From an uncultured bacterium (lineage in GTDB: Bacteria > Actinomycetota > Coriobacteriia > Coriobacteriales > Coriobacteriaceae): 64,000 nucleotides of DNA. Below the pieces are notes generated by a model that was not told the origin of the DNA, ran no database searches, and worked only from the letters and a program-made list of their open reading frames with translations. Shown here in pieces: positions 37,402-46,606 of this stretch. Location: assembly GCA_958349055.1 (NCBI GenBank), contig CATWBO010000002.1, positions 36,539 through 100,538 of the forward strand, given 5' to 3'. Each line of letters begins with the position of its first letter. Positions within the stretch are counted from its first letter, which is position 1. A program made the position numbers and the translations under genes.

Positions 37402-38166
37402 TTACTGATAATCGACGACGTCGATCCAGTTCTTAAGGAACTCATCGTTCACGTTGCGCTTACGAGCGAGCTCGGAAGCGGCAACGATGCTCGTCCACTG
37501 ACGCACGACCTGCATGGGCATGTCGGCGCGGTCGCAGTAGAGCTCCAGGTAGGCCTCGGCCTGGTCCTTGCTGTTGAGGGCAAAGAGCAGGTAGGTGGTT
37601 GCAACGTCGGCGGCAGGGGAGCCCTGGGTGGCGTGTGCCCAGTCGCACACGTAGAGCTGGCCGTCGTCGCCAACGATGACGTTGGAGGGGTTGAAGTCGC
37701 CGTGGCAGACCTTAAACTCCTTGGTCATACCGTCCAGGCGCTCCTGAAGGTTGTAGCGCGTGGTGGCATTGAGCTGATCCAGGCTGTCGATCATGCGGGC
37801 GAACTTGTCGCGCTGACGGTTGAGCAGCGGGGAGGTGTAGCCGTGGATCTCGATCTGGAGGTCGACGAACATCTCGAGGTACTCACCGAAGCGCTGGGGC
37901 TCAGCAGTCATCTTCTCGGCAAGGGTGGTGCCCGGGACCTTCTCGGTCACAAGCGCCCAGCCGTTGGCGTTCTCGAGCTGGGAAACCTCGAGAGCCTTGG
38001 GGCTGCGGATGCCGCACTCATTGATGCGGGCAAGATTCAAAGCCTCGTTGAACACGTCGGAGACAGGCTTGGTCTCGTTGAAGACCTTGACGATCTTGTC
38101 GCCCAGGTCGTAAACGACCTTGTTGCCACGGCGGACGAGCTCGGTCTTGGAATCGGGTAGCAGCAT
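37402..38166 (-). CDS. Small kinase-fold protein, aminoglycoside/choline phosphotransferase (APH) family
   Basis: 254-aa ORF with the Brenner motif VCHGDFNPSNVIV and the downstream YVCDWAHATQG (DxD-type metal site). Substrate cannot be inferred. Confidence 0.75.
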   Translation of the reverse strand: MLLPDSKTELVRRGNKVVYDLGDKIVKVFNETKPVSDVFNEALNLARINECGIRSPKALEVSQLENANGWALVTEKVPGTTLAEKMTAEPQRFGEYLEMFVDLQIEIHGYTSPLLNRQRDKFARMIDSLDQLNATTRYNLQERLDGMTKEFKVCHGDFNPSNVIVGDDGQLYVCDWAHATQGSPAADVATTYLLFALNSKDQAEAYLELYCDRADMPMQVVRQWTSIVAASELARKRNVNDEFLKNWIDVVDYQ

Positions 38167-38198
38167 GGTTGCATCCTTTCAACGATGCGATAGAAGCG

Positions 38199-38237
38199 AC
38201 GGCGGGGGTGTGTGAAACACCCGTGCACCCCCGCCGT
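38199..38237 (-). terminator. GC-rich hairpin after adhE (minus strand)
   Basis: ACGGCGGGGGTG (38199-38210) pairs with CACCCCCGCCGT (38226-38237), 18 nt after the adhE stop. The downstream U-tract on the minus strand is poor. Confidence 0.45.
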
Positions 38238-38254
38238 TAAAAACCGTGCTAAAA

Positions 38255-40903
38255 CTAGCAGACGGCGTAGTCCTGGGGCTCGCGGCCGTAGTAGGCGTCC
38301 AGGTAGAGCTCCTTGATCTCGCTCATGAGCGGGTAGCGCGGGTTAGCGCCGGTGCACTGGTCGTTGAATGCCTGCTCGGTCATCTCGTCGAGCGTGTCGA
38401 GGAAGTACTGCTCGTCGACACCGTAGTCGGCGATGGTCTTCTTGACGCCGATGAAGTCCTTGAGCTCCTCGAGCTTCGTGATGAAGTTCTCGAAGGTCTC
38501 CTTGTCGTCCTTGCTCTCGATGCCGCAGTACTTGGCCATCTCGGCGTAGTTGTGCAGCGCGTTGGGGTAAGGATACTGGGAGAAGGTGCCCATCTTGACG
38601 GGGGCCTCGGCGGCGTTATAGCGCATGACGCGGGTCAGGATGACGGCGTTGGCGATGCCGTGGGGCAGGTGATGGAAAGCGCCGAGCTTGTGAGCCATGG
38701 AGTGGTTGAGGCCCAGGAAGGCGTTGGCGAAGGCCATACCGGCCATGCAGGAGGCGTTGTGCATCTCCTCGCGGGCGTGCGGGTCCTTGGCGCCGTTCTC
38801 GAAGCTGGAGGGCAGGTTCTCAAAGACGAGCTTGGCAGCACGCTCGGAGAGGCCCTTGGTGTAGTCGGAAGCCATGATGGAGACGTAGGACTCGATGGCG
38901 TGGGTCATGACGTCGATGCCGGAGGCAGCGGTCAGGCCGCGCGGGGCGGTCATGCAGTTGTCGGCGTCGACGATAGCCATGTTGGGGAGCAGCGCGTAGT
39001 CGGCGAGCGGCCACTTGATGCCGGTCTCCTTGTCGGTGATGATGGCGAACGGCGTGCACTCGGAGCCGGTACCCGAGGAGGTCGGGACGGCGACGAAGTA
39101 GGCCTTCTTGCCCATCTCGGGGAAGGTGAAGATACGCTTGCGGATGTCCATGAAGTCCATGGCCATGTCCTCAAACTTGCACTCGGGATGCTCGTACATC
39201 ATCCACATGATCTTGCCGGCGTCCATAGCGGAGCCACCGCCGACGGCGATGATGACGTCCGGCTCAAAGAGAGCCATCTGCTTGGCGCCGCGACGTGCGC
39301 ACTGCAGCGACGGATCGGGCTCAACGTCGTAGAAGCAGTCGTGGGCGATGCCCATCTCGTCGAGCTTGGCCTCGATGGCGCGGGTGTTGCCATTCTTGAA
39401 GAGGAACTGGTCGGTGACGATGAAGGCGCGCTTCTTGCCCATGACGGTGCCGAGCTCGTCGAGAGCGACGGGCGTGGAACCCTTCTTGAAGTAGACCTTC
39501 TCGGGAGCGCGGAACCACAGCATGTTCTCACGGCGCTCGGCCACAGTCTTAACGTTGATCAAGTGCTTCACCCCAACGTTCTCGGAGACGGAGTTGCCGC
39601 CCCAGGAGCCGCAGCCCAGGGTCAGAGACGGCTTCATGCCAAAGTTGTACAGGTCACCGATGCCGCCGTGCGAGGACGGGGTGTTGATGACGATACGGCA
39701 GGCCTTCATGACGTGCTCGAACAGGCTGATCTTCTCGGCCTGGGCGGGGTGCACGTAGAGAGAGGCGGTGTGGCCCGGGCCACCGGCGAGCACCAGGTGC
39801 TCGGCCTTGTCGACGGCCTCCTGGAAGTCCTTGGCGTGATACATGGCTAGGACCGGGGAGAGCTTCTCGTGGGAGAACTCTTCCTTGGCGGGGTCGGTGG
39901 AGGTGACCTCGGCGATCAGGATCTTGGTCTTGGCGGGAACCTCAATGCCGGCGAGCTCGGCGATCTTGGCGGCAGCCATGCCGGGGATGCGGTGATCGAG
40001 GGCGCCGTTCTTGAACATTGCGGCACGCAGGGCCTCCATCTCGGCACCCTGCTTGACGAAGTAGCAGCCGCGCTTCTGGAACTCGGCCTTAACCTGGTCA
40101 TAGATGGTGTCGATGACGGTCACGGACTGCTCGGAAGCGCAGATCATGCCGTTGTCGAAGGTCTTGGAGTGGATGATGGAGTTGACGGCGAGCAGCACGT
40201 CGGCGGTGTCGTCGATGATGACCGGGGTGTTACCGGCGCCGACGCCCAGGGCAGGCTTGCCCGAGGAGTAAGCGGCCTTGACCATGCCCGGGCCACCGGT
40301 GGCGAGGATGATGTCGACGTCACGCATGACCATGTTGGTCAGCTCGATGGAGGGGACATCGACCCAGCCGATGATGCCCTCGGGGGCGCCAGCCTTGACG
40401 GCGGCGTCAAGCACGAGCTTGGCGGCGGCGATAGTGCACTTGGCGGCTGCCGGGTGCGGGGAGATGATGATGCCGTTGCGGGTCTTCAGGCTGATCAGCG
40501 TCTTGAAGATCGCGGTGGAGGTGGGGTTGGTCGTCGGGATGACGGCGCCCACGATACCGATGGGCTCGGCGATCTTGGTGATGCCGTAGGCCTCGTCGCG
40601 CTCCAGGACACCACAGGTCTTGGTGTTCTTGTAAGCGTTGTAGATGTACTCTGCGGCGTAGTGGTTCTTGATGACCTTGTCCTCAAGAACGCCGCGGCCG
40701 GTCTCCTCGATGGCCATCTTCGCCAACGGGATACGAGCCTTGTTGGCGGCCATGGCGGCCTCGTAGAAGATCTTGTCGACCTGCTCCTGCGTGTACGTAG
40801 CAAAAAGCGCCTGGGCCTCTCGCATCTGAGCGAGCTTAGCCTCAAGCGCCTCTACGTTGTCCACAATTGCGGGAGTAGTGTTTTCCGGTGACTTTTTCAC
40901 CAT
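38255..40903 (-). CDS. adhE: Bifunctional acetaldehyde-CoA/alcohol dehydrogenase
   Basis: 882-aa ORF with an N-terminal ALDH domain (catalytic region FDNGMICASEQS) and a C-terminal Fe-ADH domain (GGGSAMDAGK; HSMAHKLGAFHHLPHG). RBS AGGAGA. Confidence 0.97.
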   Translation of the reverse strand: MVKKSPENTTPAIVDNVEALEAKLAQMREAQALFATYTQEQVDKIFYEAAMAANKARIPLAKMAIEETGRGVLEDKVIKNHYAAEYIYNAYKNTKTCGVLERDEAYGITKIAEPIGIVGAVIPTTNPTSTAIFKTLISLKTRNGIIISPHPAAAKCTIAAAKLVLDAAVKAGAPEGIIGWVDVPSIELTNMVMRDVDIILATGGPGMVKAAYSSGKPALGVGAGNTPVIIDDTADVLLAVNSIIHSKTFDNGMICASEQSVTVIDTIYDQVKAEFQKRGCYFVKQGAEMEALRAAMFKNGALDHRIPGMAAAKIAELAGIEVPAKTKILIAEVTSTDPAKEEFSHEKLSPVLAMYHAKDFQEAVDKAEHLVLAGGPGHTASLYVHPAQAEKISLFEHVMKACRIVINTPSSHGGIGDLYNFGMKPSLTLGCGSWGGNSVSENVGVKHLINVKTVAERRENMLWFRAPEKVYFKKGSTPVALDELGTVMGKKRAFIVTDQFLFKNGNTRAIEAKLDEMGIAHDCFYDVEPDPSLQCARRGAKQMALFEPDVIIAVGGGSAMDAGKIMWMMYEHPECKFEDMAMDFMDIRKRIFTFPEMGKKAYFVAVPTSSGTGSECTPFAIITDKETGIKWPLADYALLPNMAIVDADNCMTAPRGLTAASGIDVMTHAIESYVSIMASDYTKGLSERAAKLVFENLPSSFENGAKDPHAREEMHNASCMAGMAFANAFLGLNHSMAHKLGAFHHLPHGIANAVILTRVMRYNAAEAPVKMGTFSQYPYPNALHNYAEMAKYCGIESKDDKETFENFITKLEELKDFIGVKKTIADYGVDEQYFLDTLDEMTEQAFNDQCTGANPRYPLMSEIKELYLDAYYGREPQDYAVC

Positions 40904-40995
40904 TTGTGTCTCCTTGCGATCGGAGATTTACCCTACGCCTTGCATGATAGCAAGAAATTATTCGGCGAACGGTCAGATTCCTCTAAAAGGCACAC

Positions 40996-41025
40996 TAAAA
41001 CGCTTCAATAAACTGAAGCGTTTTA
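40996..41025. promoter_or_regulatory. Perfect 12-bp-arm palindrome upstream of adhE
   Basis: TAAAACGCTTCA, spacer ataaac, TGAAGCGTTTTA. About 95-120 nt upstream of the adhE start, in an AT-rich region. Could be an operator or a small bidirectional hairpin terminator insulating adhE from the adjacent element. Confidence 0.4.
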
Positions 41026-41116
41026 ACCATTTAACTAAAAGCCGAACGTCTTCTCCGGGCGAATTCCTAGTTTCCCCATGGCTATGGTGTGGAGTTTGTT
41101 CATTGTTTGTTCATTA

Positions 41117-42158
41117 CACTCATTGGGGACAGACTTATATGTGTGCTTTCACTCATTTGGGACAGACATCGATTTGTCATTTTGTCGTTTTGGGCATGTT
41201 TTTGTCGTTCATTGTATATAAATAGGTCACAGGCTCAGCATTTCGCGTTCCTTCTCTCCTTTTAGGTGTTGCCTGTACGGCTTTGAAAGGAGAGACCATG
41301 CCCCGTTGCGCCCGCGAAATTTCGCTCACCGGCTATTACCACGTCTTTGACCGTGGCAACTCCAAACAGATCATTTTTGAAGATGACTCTGACCGATATC
41401 GTTTCTTATCGGACATCTCGGACAGGTTTGCTTGCCATGACGTGGCGGTGTTGGCCTGGTGCCTTATGGACAACCACTTCCATTTGATGGTTGATGACCC
41501 ATTTGACAACCTTTCAAAGGCAATGCAGTGCGCGCTGACGGCCTATGCCAAGTATTTCAATGGGAAAACCGGAAGAACGGGCCACCTGTTTGATAATCGC
41601 TATTCGCGGGTCGCGGTCGAGTCGGACACGCAGGCGGTGCAGTTGCTCGATTATATCCATCTCAATCCCGTGAAAGGTGCGCTCGACTCGCTTGATGCCT
41701 ACCGCTGGTCAAGCTACAAGGCATACCAGCTGGGATACGATCCCTTTGATATCTGCGATGCGGCCCCCATGCTCGATATTGTCGGGGGTTCCCGTCGCTA
41801 TTGCGAGCATCTTAAGGAAGTTGCCGAGCGGATCTGGTCAGTTGAGATTCTTCCGCGTCGACGGATTCCAGACGAGGATGCCCTTACCGTCGCACACGAG
41901 GCCCTGCCGAGCATTGATCCTGCGCTGCTCAAGGCCCTGCCACGCCCCGAACGCGATGCCTGTCTGCTAAGGCTCAGGCGGGCCCATCTCACGGTCAAGC
42001 AAATTGCCCGTATCACCGGTATCGGCGCTACAAGCGTAACCAAGGCCACCACAGGCTGGAACGAGGCGGCCTGAGGCAGGGGCCGAACCGCTGCCGGCAT
42101 GCGTTACGTCTGTCCCCAATGCATGAAAACACTCATGTAAGTCTGTCCCCAATGAGTG
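41117..42158 (+). mobile_element. RAYT/IS200-like element: HUH-Y1 transposase gene bracketed by doubled inverted REP-like repeats
   Basis: The 21-nt ends are identical: CACTCATTGGGGACAGACTTA at 41117-41137 equals the reverse complement of 42138-42158. Each end has a second core copy 33 nt inward: ACTCATTTGGGACAGAC at 41151, GTCTGTCCCCAATGCAT at 42108. Interior GC content is visibly lower than the flanks. Confidence 0.8.
41298..42074 (+). CDS. REP-associated tyrosine transposase-like protein (IS200/Y1 HUH family) with C-terminal HTH
   Basis: HUH motif in CLMDNHFHLMV. Also GHLFDNRYSRV and LLDYIHLNPVKGAL...YRWSSY, typical of the COG1943/RayT group. C-terminal LTVKQIARITGIGATSVTKA is an HTH. ATG41298 follows AAAGGAGAG. 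Confidence 0.8.
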   Translation: MPRCAREISLTGYYHVFDRGNSKQIIFEDDSDRYRFLSDISDRFACHDVAVLAWCLMDNHFHLMVDDPFDNLSKAMQCALTAYAKYFNGKTGRTGHLFDNRYSRVAVESDTQAVQLLDYIHLNPVKGALDSLDAYRWSSYKAYQLGYDPFDICDAAPMLDIVGGSRRYCEHLKEVAERIWSVEILPRRRIPDEDALTVAHEALPSIDPALLKALPRPERDACLLRLRRAHLTVKQIARITGIGATSVTKATTGWNEAA

Positions 42159-42159
42159 C

Positions 42160-42192
42160 AAAAAGGCGCCCTCCGTGGGGGAGGACGCCTTT
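42160..42192 (-). terminator. Terminator of rpmB (minus strand)
   Basis: On the minus strand, AAAGGCGTCCTCCC..GGAGGGCGCC is followed by TTTTT. It abuts the right end of the RAYT element. Confidence 0.7.
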
Positions 42193-42260
42193 GGTAAGTT
42201 CTATGTGAACGCGAGGTCTTTGACCCGGAGAGTCCGAGGTACTTGTTGGTAAGACCTTAT

Positions 42261-42449
42261 TTAGGAGCGCGCAACCTTGCCGGACTTGAGGCAGGTGGAG
42301 CAAACGTTCATCTTGCGACGGTGACCATCGACGACGACGTAGACGCGCTGGATGTTGGGGCGGAACTTACGGTTGGTGACGCGGTGAGAGTGGCTGATGG
42401 AGCGACCGGCAACGGGGTGCTTACCGCAAACTTCGCAAACTTTGGACAT
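42261..42449 (-). CDS. rpmB: 50S ribosomal protein L28
   Basis: MSKVCEVCGKHPVAGRSISHSHRVTNRKFRPNIQRV. ATG at 42449 with a GGAGGG RBS. The ORF-track start at 42497 adds 16 non-homologous residues. Confidence 0.93.
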   Translation of the reverse strand: MSKVCEVCGKHPVAGRSISHSHRVTNRKFRPNIQRVYVVVDGHRRKMNVCSTCLKSGKVARS

Positions 42450-42503
42450 AACTGACCCTCCTTGGGCGACAAACGAACATGTCGCGTTAACAAACAAGCC
42501 TGA

Positions 42504-42513
42504 ACTATAGCAC
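42504..42513 (-). promoter_or_regulatory. Extended -10 (GTGCTATAGT) for rpmB
   Basis: The minus strand reads GTGCTATAGT 55 nt upstream of the rpmB ATG. The same 10-mer lies upstream of rpsT at 55189-55198. Confidence 0.35.
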
Positions 42514-42889
42514 AGAAGCAGCTCCCTGTGCGTAATCTACACAGAGATATTCCTCTTTTGGCGATAGTGCCCACGCCACGGCCCTGGACGTAGATCCGAT
42601 TTGCGTGCAGCAGAGGGGATTATGCCAGCTCGTGCGTGCGTTTTCAAGCTCGTCCCACAAATATATATAGGTTTATGGAGCATTGGACTCCGTTTACGGA
42701 TTGCTCTGTATTTATACTCGCAATTACGCTCTAGGTTGGCTACACTATCCCTTGACCATTAAAGGGGTACGAGATACCCACATGGAATTACATAGCTGCC
42801 AAAGAGTAGCCTTTCCTGTGGGTGTCTGGTCCGCTTTGAGCGGTCGGGCATCTATTTTTTTTGACTGTGTCAGCAGCCAAGACATGTGA

Positions 42890-43486
<597 letters not shown>

Positions 43487-43490
43487 TACC

Positions 43491-44435
43491 GTGGCGTTCA
43501 ACCATAAGCACCTGATCGACATTACCGAGTACTCCGAAGAGGACATCAAGCTCATCCTCGAGACCGCCAAGGCGTTCTCCGAGGTTAACGAGCGTGCCAT
43601 CAAGAAGGTCCCCACGCTCAAGGGTAAGACCATCGTCAACATGTTCAACGAGCCCTCGACGCGTACCCGCAGCTCCTTCGAGCTCGCCGAGAAGCGCCTT
43701 TCGGCCGACAGCCTTAACTTCGGCGGCTCCTCGACCTCCACGGTCAAGGGCGAGAGCCTCGTCGACACCGTCGAGACCCTCAACGCCTACAAGATCGACT
43801 GCATCGTCGTGCGCGACAAGCACGCCGGCGCCCCCTATATCGTCACGCAGAACTCGCCCGCGAGCGTCATCTGCGCCGGTGACGGCAAACACAACCACCC
43901 CACGCAGGCCCTGCTGGACCTGTACACCATCTGGGAGCACAAGGGTGACTTCCACGGTCTGAAGGTCGCCGTCGTCGGCGACATCGCCCACTCCCGCGTC
44001 TGCGGCTCGCTGATCCCCGCCCTTAAGATCATGGGCTGCGAGACCTACGCCGTCGCTCCCGGCACGCTGCTTCCGCCGGCGCCCGAGGTCCTGGGCTGCG
44101 ACCACGTGACGAGCGACCTCGATTCCGTCCTGCCCGAGCTGGACGTCGTCTACATGCTGCGCGTGCAGCAGGAGCGCCTCGAGGGTGCCCCGTTCCCGAC
44201 CATTCGTGAGTACCACAAGCTCTTCGGCCTGACCAAGGACCGCGAGAAGCTCATGAAGCCCGATGCGATCATCTGCCACCCGGGCCCCATCAACCGCGGC
44301 GTCGAGTTCGACTCCTATATGGCCGACCACCCGCAACGCTCCGTCATCCTGGAGCAGGTCTACGCCGGTATCTGCGTGCGTATGGCTATCCTGTATCTGC
44401 TGCTTGGAGGTGCCGATAATGGCCTTGCTTCTTAA
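43491..44435 (+). CDS. pyrB: Aspartate carbamoyltransferase catalytic subunit
   Basis: NMFNEPSTRTRSSFE, HPTQALLD and HPGPINRGVE. GTG43491 lies 8 nt after GGGAGGTGAG. GTG43479 is an alternative start. Confidence 0.95.
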   Translation: MAFNHKHLIDITEYSEEDIKLILETAKAFSEVNERAIKKVPTLKGKTIVNMFNEPSTRTRSSFELAEKRLSADSLNFGGSSTSTVKGESLVDTVETLNAYKIDCIVVRDKHAGAPYIVTQNSPASVICAGDGKHNHPTQALLDLYTIWEHKGDFHGLKVAVVGDIAHSRVCGSLIPALKIMGCETYAVAPGTLLPPAPEVLGCDHVTSDLDSVLPELDVVYMLRVQQERLEGAPFPTIREYHKLFGLTKDREKLMKPDAIICHPGPINRGVEFDSYMADHPQRSVILEQVYAGICVRMAILYLLLGGADNGLAS

Positions 44436-45708
44436 GAATGCCCACGTCGTCGACCCGTCCGTCGAGCTTGACGGTGTCGTTGACGTCCTGATTGACGGCG
44501 ACAAGATCGCCGAGGTCGGCGAGAATCTCGCCGTCGAGGGAGCCGAGGTCCGCGACCTTTCCGGCAAGTACCTCGTCCCCGGTCTGGTGGATATGCACGT
44601 TCACCTTCGCGAGCCCGGCTACGAGGTCAAAGAGGACATCGAGAGCGGCACCCGTGCAGCTGCCAAGGGCGGCTTCACCGGCGTGTGCGCCATGCCCAAC
44701 ACCGATCCCGTCACCGATAACGGCACCGTCGTGGAGTTCGTCAAGTCCCGCGCTGCCGAGGTCGGTCACTGCCGCGTCTATCCGTCGGGCGCCATGACCC
44801 GCGGCCTTAAGGGCGAGGCCATGTCCGAGATGGGCGATATGGTCGCCCGCGGCGTCGTCGCCTTCACCGACGACGGTCGCGGCGTACAGGGCGCGGGCAT
44901 GCTCCGTCGCTGCATGGACTACGGCAAGATGTTCGGCAAGGTCTTTATGAGCCACTGCCAGGACGAGGACCTGGTCGGCCACGGCCAGATCAACGAGGGC
45001 AAGGTCTCGACCCGTCTGGCTCTCGAGGGCTGGCCGGCTGCCGGCGAGGAGCTCCAGATCGCCCGCGACATCGAGATCGCCAAGCTGACCGGTGCCAAGC
45101 TGCACATCCAGCACATCTCCACCGCCCATGGCCTGGAGATCGTGCGTGCCGGTAAGGCCGCTGGCGTTCAGGTTACCTGCGAGGCCACCCCGCACCACAT
45201 GTTCCTGACCGAGAACGACCTGGACGAGACCTACAACACCTCGCTCAAGGTTAATCCGCCGCTGCGTACCGAGGAGGATGCCGAGGCCATCCGCCAGGGC
45301 GTCATCGACGGCACCGTCGACGTTATCGTCACCGATCACGCTCCCCACACCCCGTGGGAGAAGGCCCGCGAGTTCGAGCTTGCGCCCTTCGGCATGATCG
45401 GCCTCGAGACCTCGCTGTCGCTTGTGCTCACCGAGCTGGTCAACACGGGCAAGATGAGCATGGGCCGCATGGTCGAGCTCATGGCCATCAAGCCGCGTGA
45501 GATCCTGGGCCTCGACCAGGTTCAGGTCAAGGCGGGCTCCGTTGCCGACCTGACCGTCTTCGACGCGTCTGCCACCTGGACGGTCGGCGAGGACGGCTAC
45601 GAGTCGCGCGCCGAGAACTCCGGTTTTGCCGGCCGCACGCTCACCGGTCGTGCCACCGATGTGTTTGTCGGCGGCAAGCAGACGCTCGCCGACGGCTGCA
45701 TCTGCTAG
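44419..45708 (+). CDS. pyrC: Dihydroorotase
   Basis: LVPGLVDMHVHLREPG, plus HISTAHG and TDHAPH metal ligands. ATG44419 follows GGAGGTG and overlaps the pyrB 3' end by 17 nt. Confidence 0.94.
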   Translation: MALLLKNAHVVDPSVELDGVVDVLIDGDKIAEVGENLAVEGAEVRDLSGKYLVPGLVDMHVHLREPGYEVKEDIESGTRAAAKGGFTGVCAMPNTDPVTDNGTVVEFVKSRAAEVGHCRVYPSGAMTRGLKGEAMSEMGDMVARGVVAFTDDGRGVQGAGMLRRCMDYGKMFGKVFMSHCQDEDLVGHGQINEGKVSTRLALEGWPAAGEELQIARDIEIAKLTGAKLHIQHISTAHGLEIVRAGKAAGVQVTCEATPHHMFLTENDLDETYNTSLKVNPPLRTEEDAEAIRQGVIDGTVDVIVTDHAPHTPWEKAREFELAPFGMIGLETSLSLVLTELVNTGKMSMGRMVELMAIKPREILGLDQVQVKAGSVADLTVFDASATWTVGEDGYESRAENSGFAGRTLTGRATDVFVGGKQTLADGCIC

Positions 45709-45728
45709 CATAGCCTTATCGCTTTTGT

Positions 45729-45761
45729 GCGCGGTGCCCTTGCGGTGCCGCGCTTTCTGTT
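45729..45761 (+). terminator. Hairpin plus T-tract between pyrC and pyrK (possible internal attenuator)
   Basis: GCGCGGTGCC..GGTGCCGCGC forms about a 10-bp stem including two G-U pairs, followed by TTTCTGTT. A second small hairpin CCATGC/GCATGG (45770-45785) abuts the pyrK RBS. Confidence 0.35.
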
Positions 45762-45800
45762 CGCCTGAACCATGCAACCGCATGGGGGATTGGAGCGTCT

Positions 45801-46592
45801 ATGCCCACACCTTCCACTGCACGCATGCACGACTTCGAGGTCGTCTCGAACCAGGAGATCGCCGACGGCATCTTCTCGCTCGTTATCTCGGCCCCCAAGC
45901 TTGCAAGTGCGCTCAAGCCCGGCCAGTTTGTGAACATTGCCGTGCCCGGCGATGCGTCCTCGCTGCTTCGCGTGCCCCTGAGCTTCTATCGCGCCGACGC
46001 CCAGGCCGGCACCGTCGAGCTGTGGTACGCCGTCGTGGGCGACGACACCCGTCGTCTGTCGCAGATGGCCCCCGGCTCCAAGTCCAACCTGTTGGGCCCT
46101 GGCGGCCGCGGCTGGCTTGTTCCCGAGGGCACCAGGAAGGCGCTGCTCGTGGCGGGCGGCATCGGCGTTCCGCCCGTGCTGTGCCTTGCCGACAAGCTTG
46201 CCGAGCAGGGCGTGGATGTCGACGTTTGCCTGGGCTTTGGCACCGCTTCCAAGGCCGTGGGAGTCGATGAGTTCCGCGCGCTGGGCGCCACGGTTAACGT
46301 GTGCACCGATGATGGCACGCTGGGCACGCACGGTTTTTGCACCGACCCGGCAGCCGAGCTGCTCGGCGAGGGCGGCTACGACTATGTGGCCAGCTGCGGC
46401 CCCGCTGTCATGATGAAGAAAGTCGCCGCCGCTGCCGCCGAGGCCGGTGCGTACTGCGAGGTGTCGCTTGAGCGCATGATGAGCTGTGGCTTTGGCGCCT
46501 GCAACACCTGCAATGTCGAGACGGTCGACGGTATGAAGGGTGCTTGCATGTGCGGCCCCGTGTTCGATGCTTCCAAGGTGGTGGTCTTCTAG
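45801..46592 (+). CDS. pyrK: Dihydroorotate dehydrogenase B electron-transfer subunit
   Basis: FNR-like fold (RVPLSF, LLVAGGIGVPP) and a C-terminal 2Fe-2S motif CGFGACNTC...CMCGPVF. Confidence 0.9.
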   Translation: MPTPSTARMHDFEVVSNQEIADGIFSLVISAPKLASALKPGQFVNIAVPGDASSLLRVPLSFYRADAQAGTVELWYAVVGDDTRRLSQMAPGSKSNLLGPGGRGWLVPEGTRKALLVAGGIGVPPVLCLADKLAEQGVDVDVCLGFGTASKAVGVDEFRALGATVNVCTDDGTLGTHGFCTDPAAELLGEGGYDYVASCGPAVMMKKVAAAAAEAGAYCEVSLERMMSCGFGACNTCNVETVDGMKGACMCGPVFDASKVVVF

Positions 46593-46606
46593 TGGGTACC
46601 GTGAAC

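Noticed and set aside
42795-42812. PyrR-binding-loop-like sequence GCUGCCAAAGAGUAGCC upstream of pyrR
   Set aside because: It shares only CCA-AGAG with the UCCAGAGAGG consensus as I remember it. I could not draw the expected flanking stem or a downstream terminator/antiterminator pair. Needs a covariance-model search before being called.
42868-42880. AGCAGCCAAG resembling the SRP RNA domain IV motif
   Set aside because: The rest of the conserved SRP helix 8 sequence and its pairing partner are absent. The match sits just upstream of the pyrR RBS. Judged coincidental.
42683-42889. 68-aa plus-strand ORF in the rpmB-pyrR spacer
   Set aside because: No RBS. AT-rich with atypical codon usage. 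It crosses a T8 run and has no recognisable motif. More likely non-coding leader DNA.
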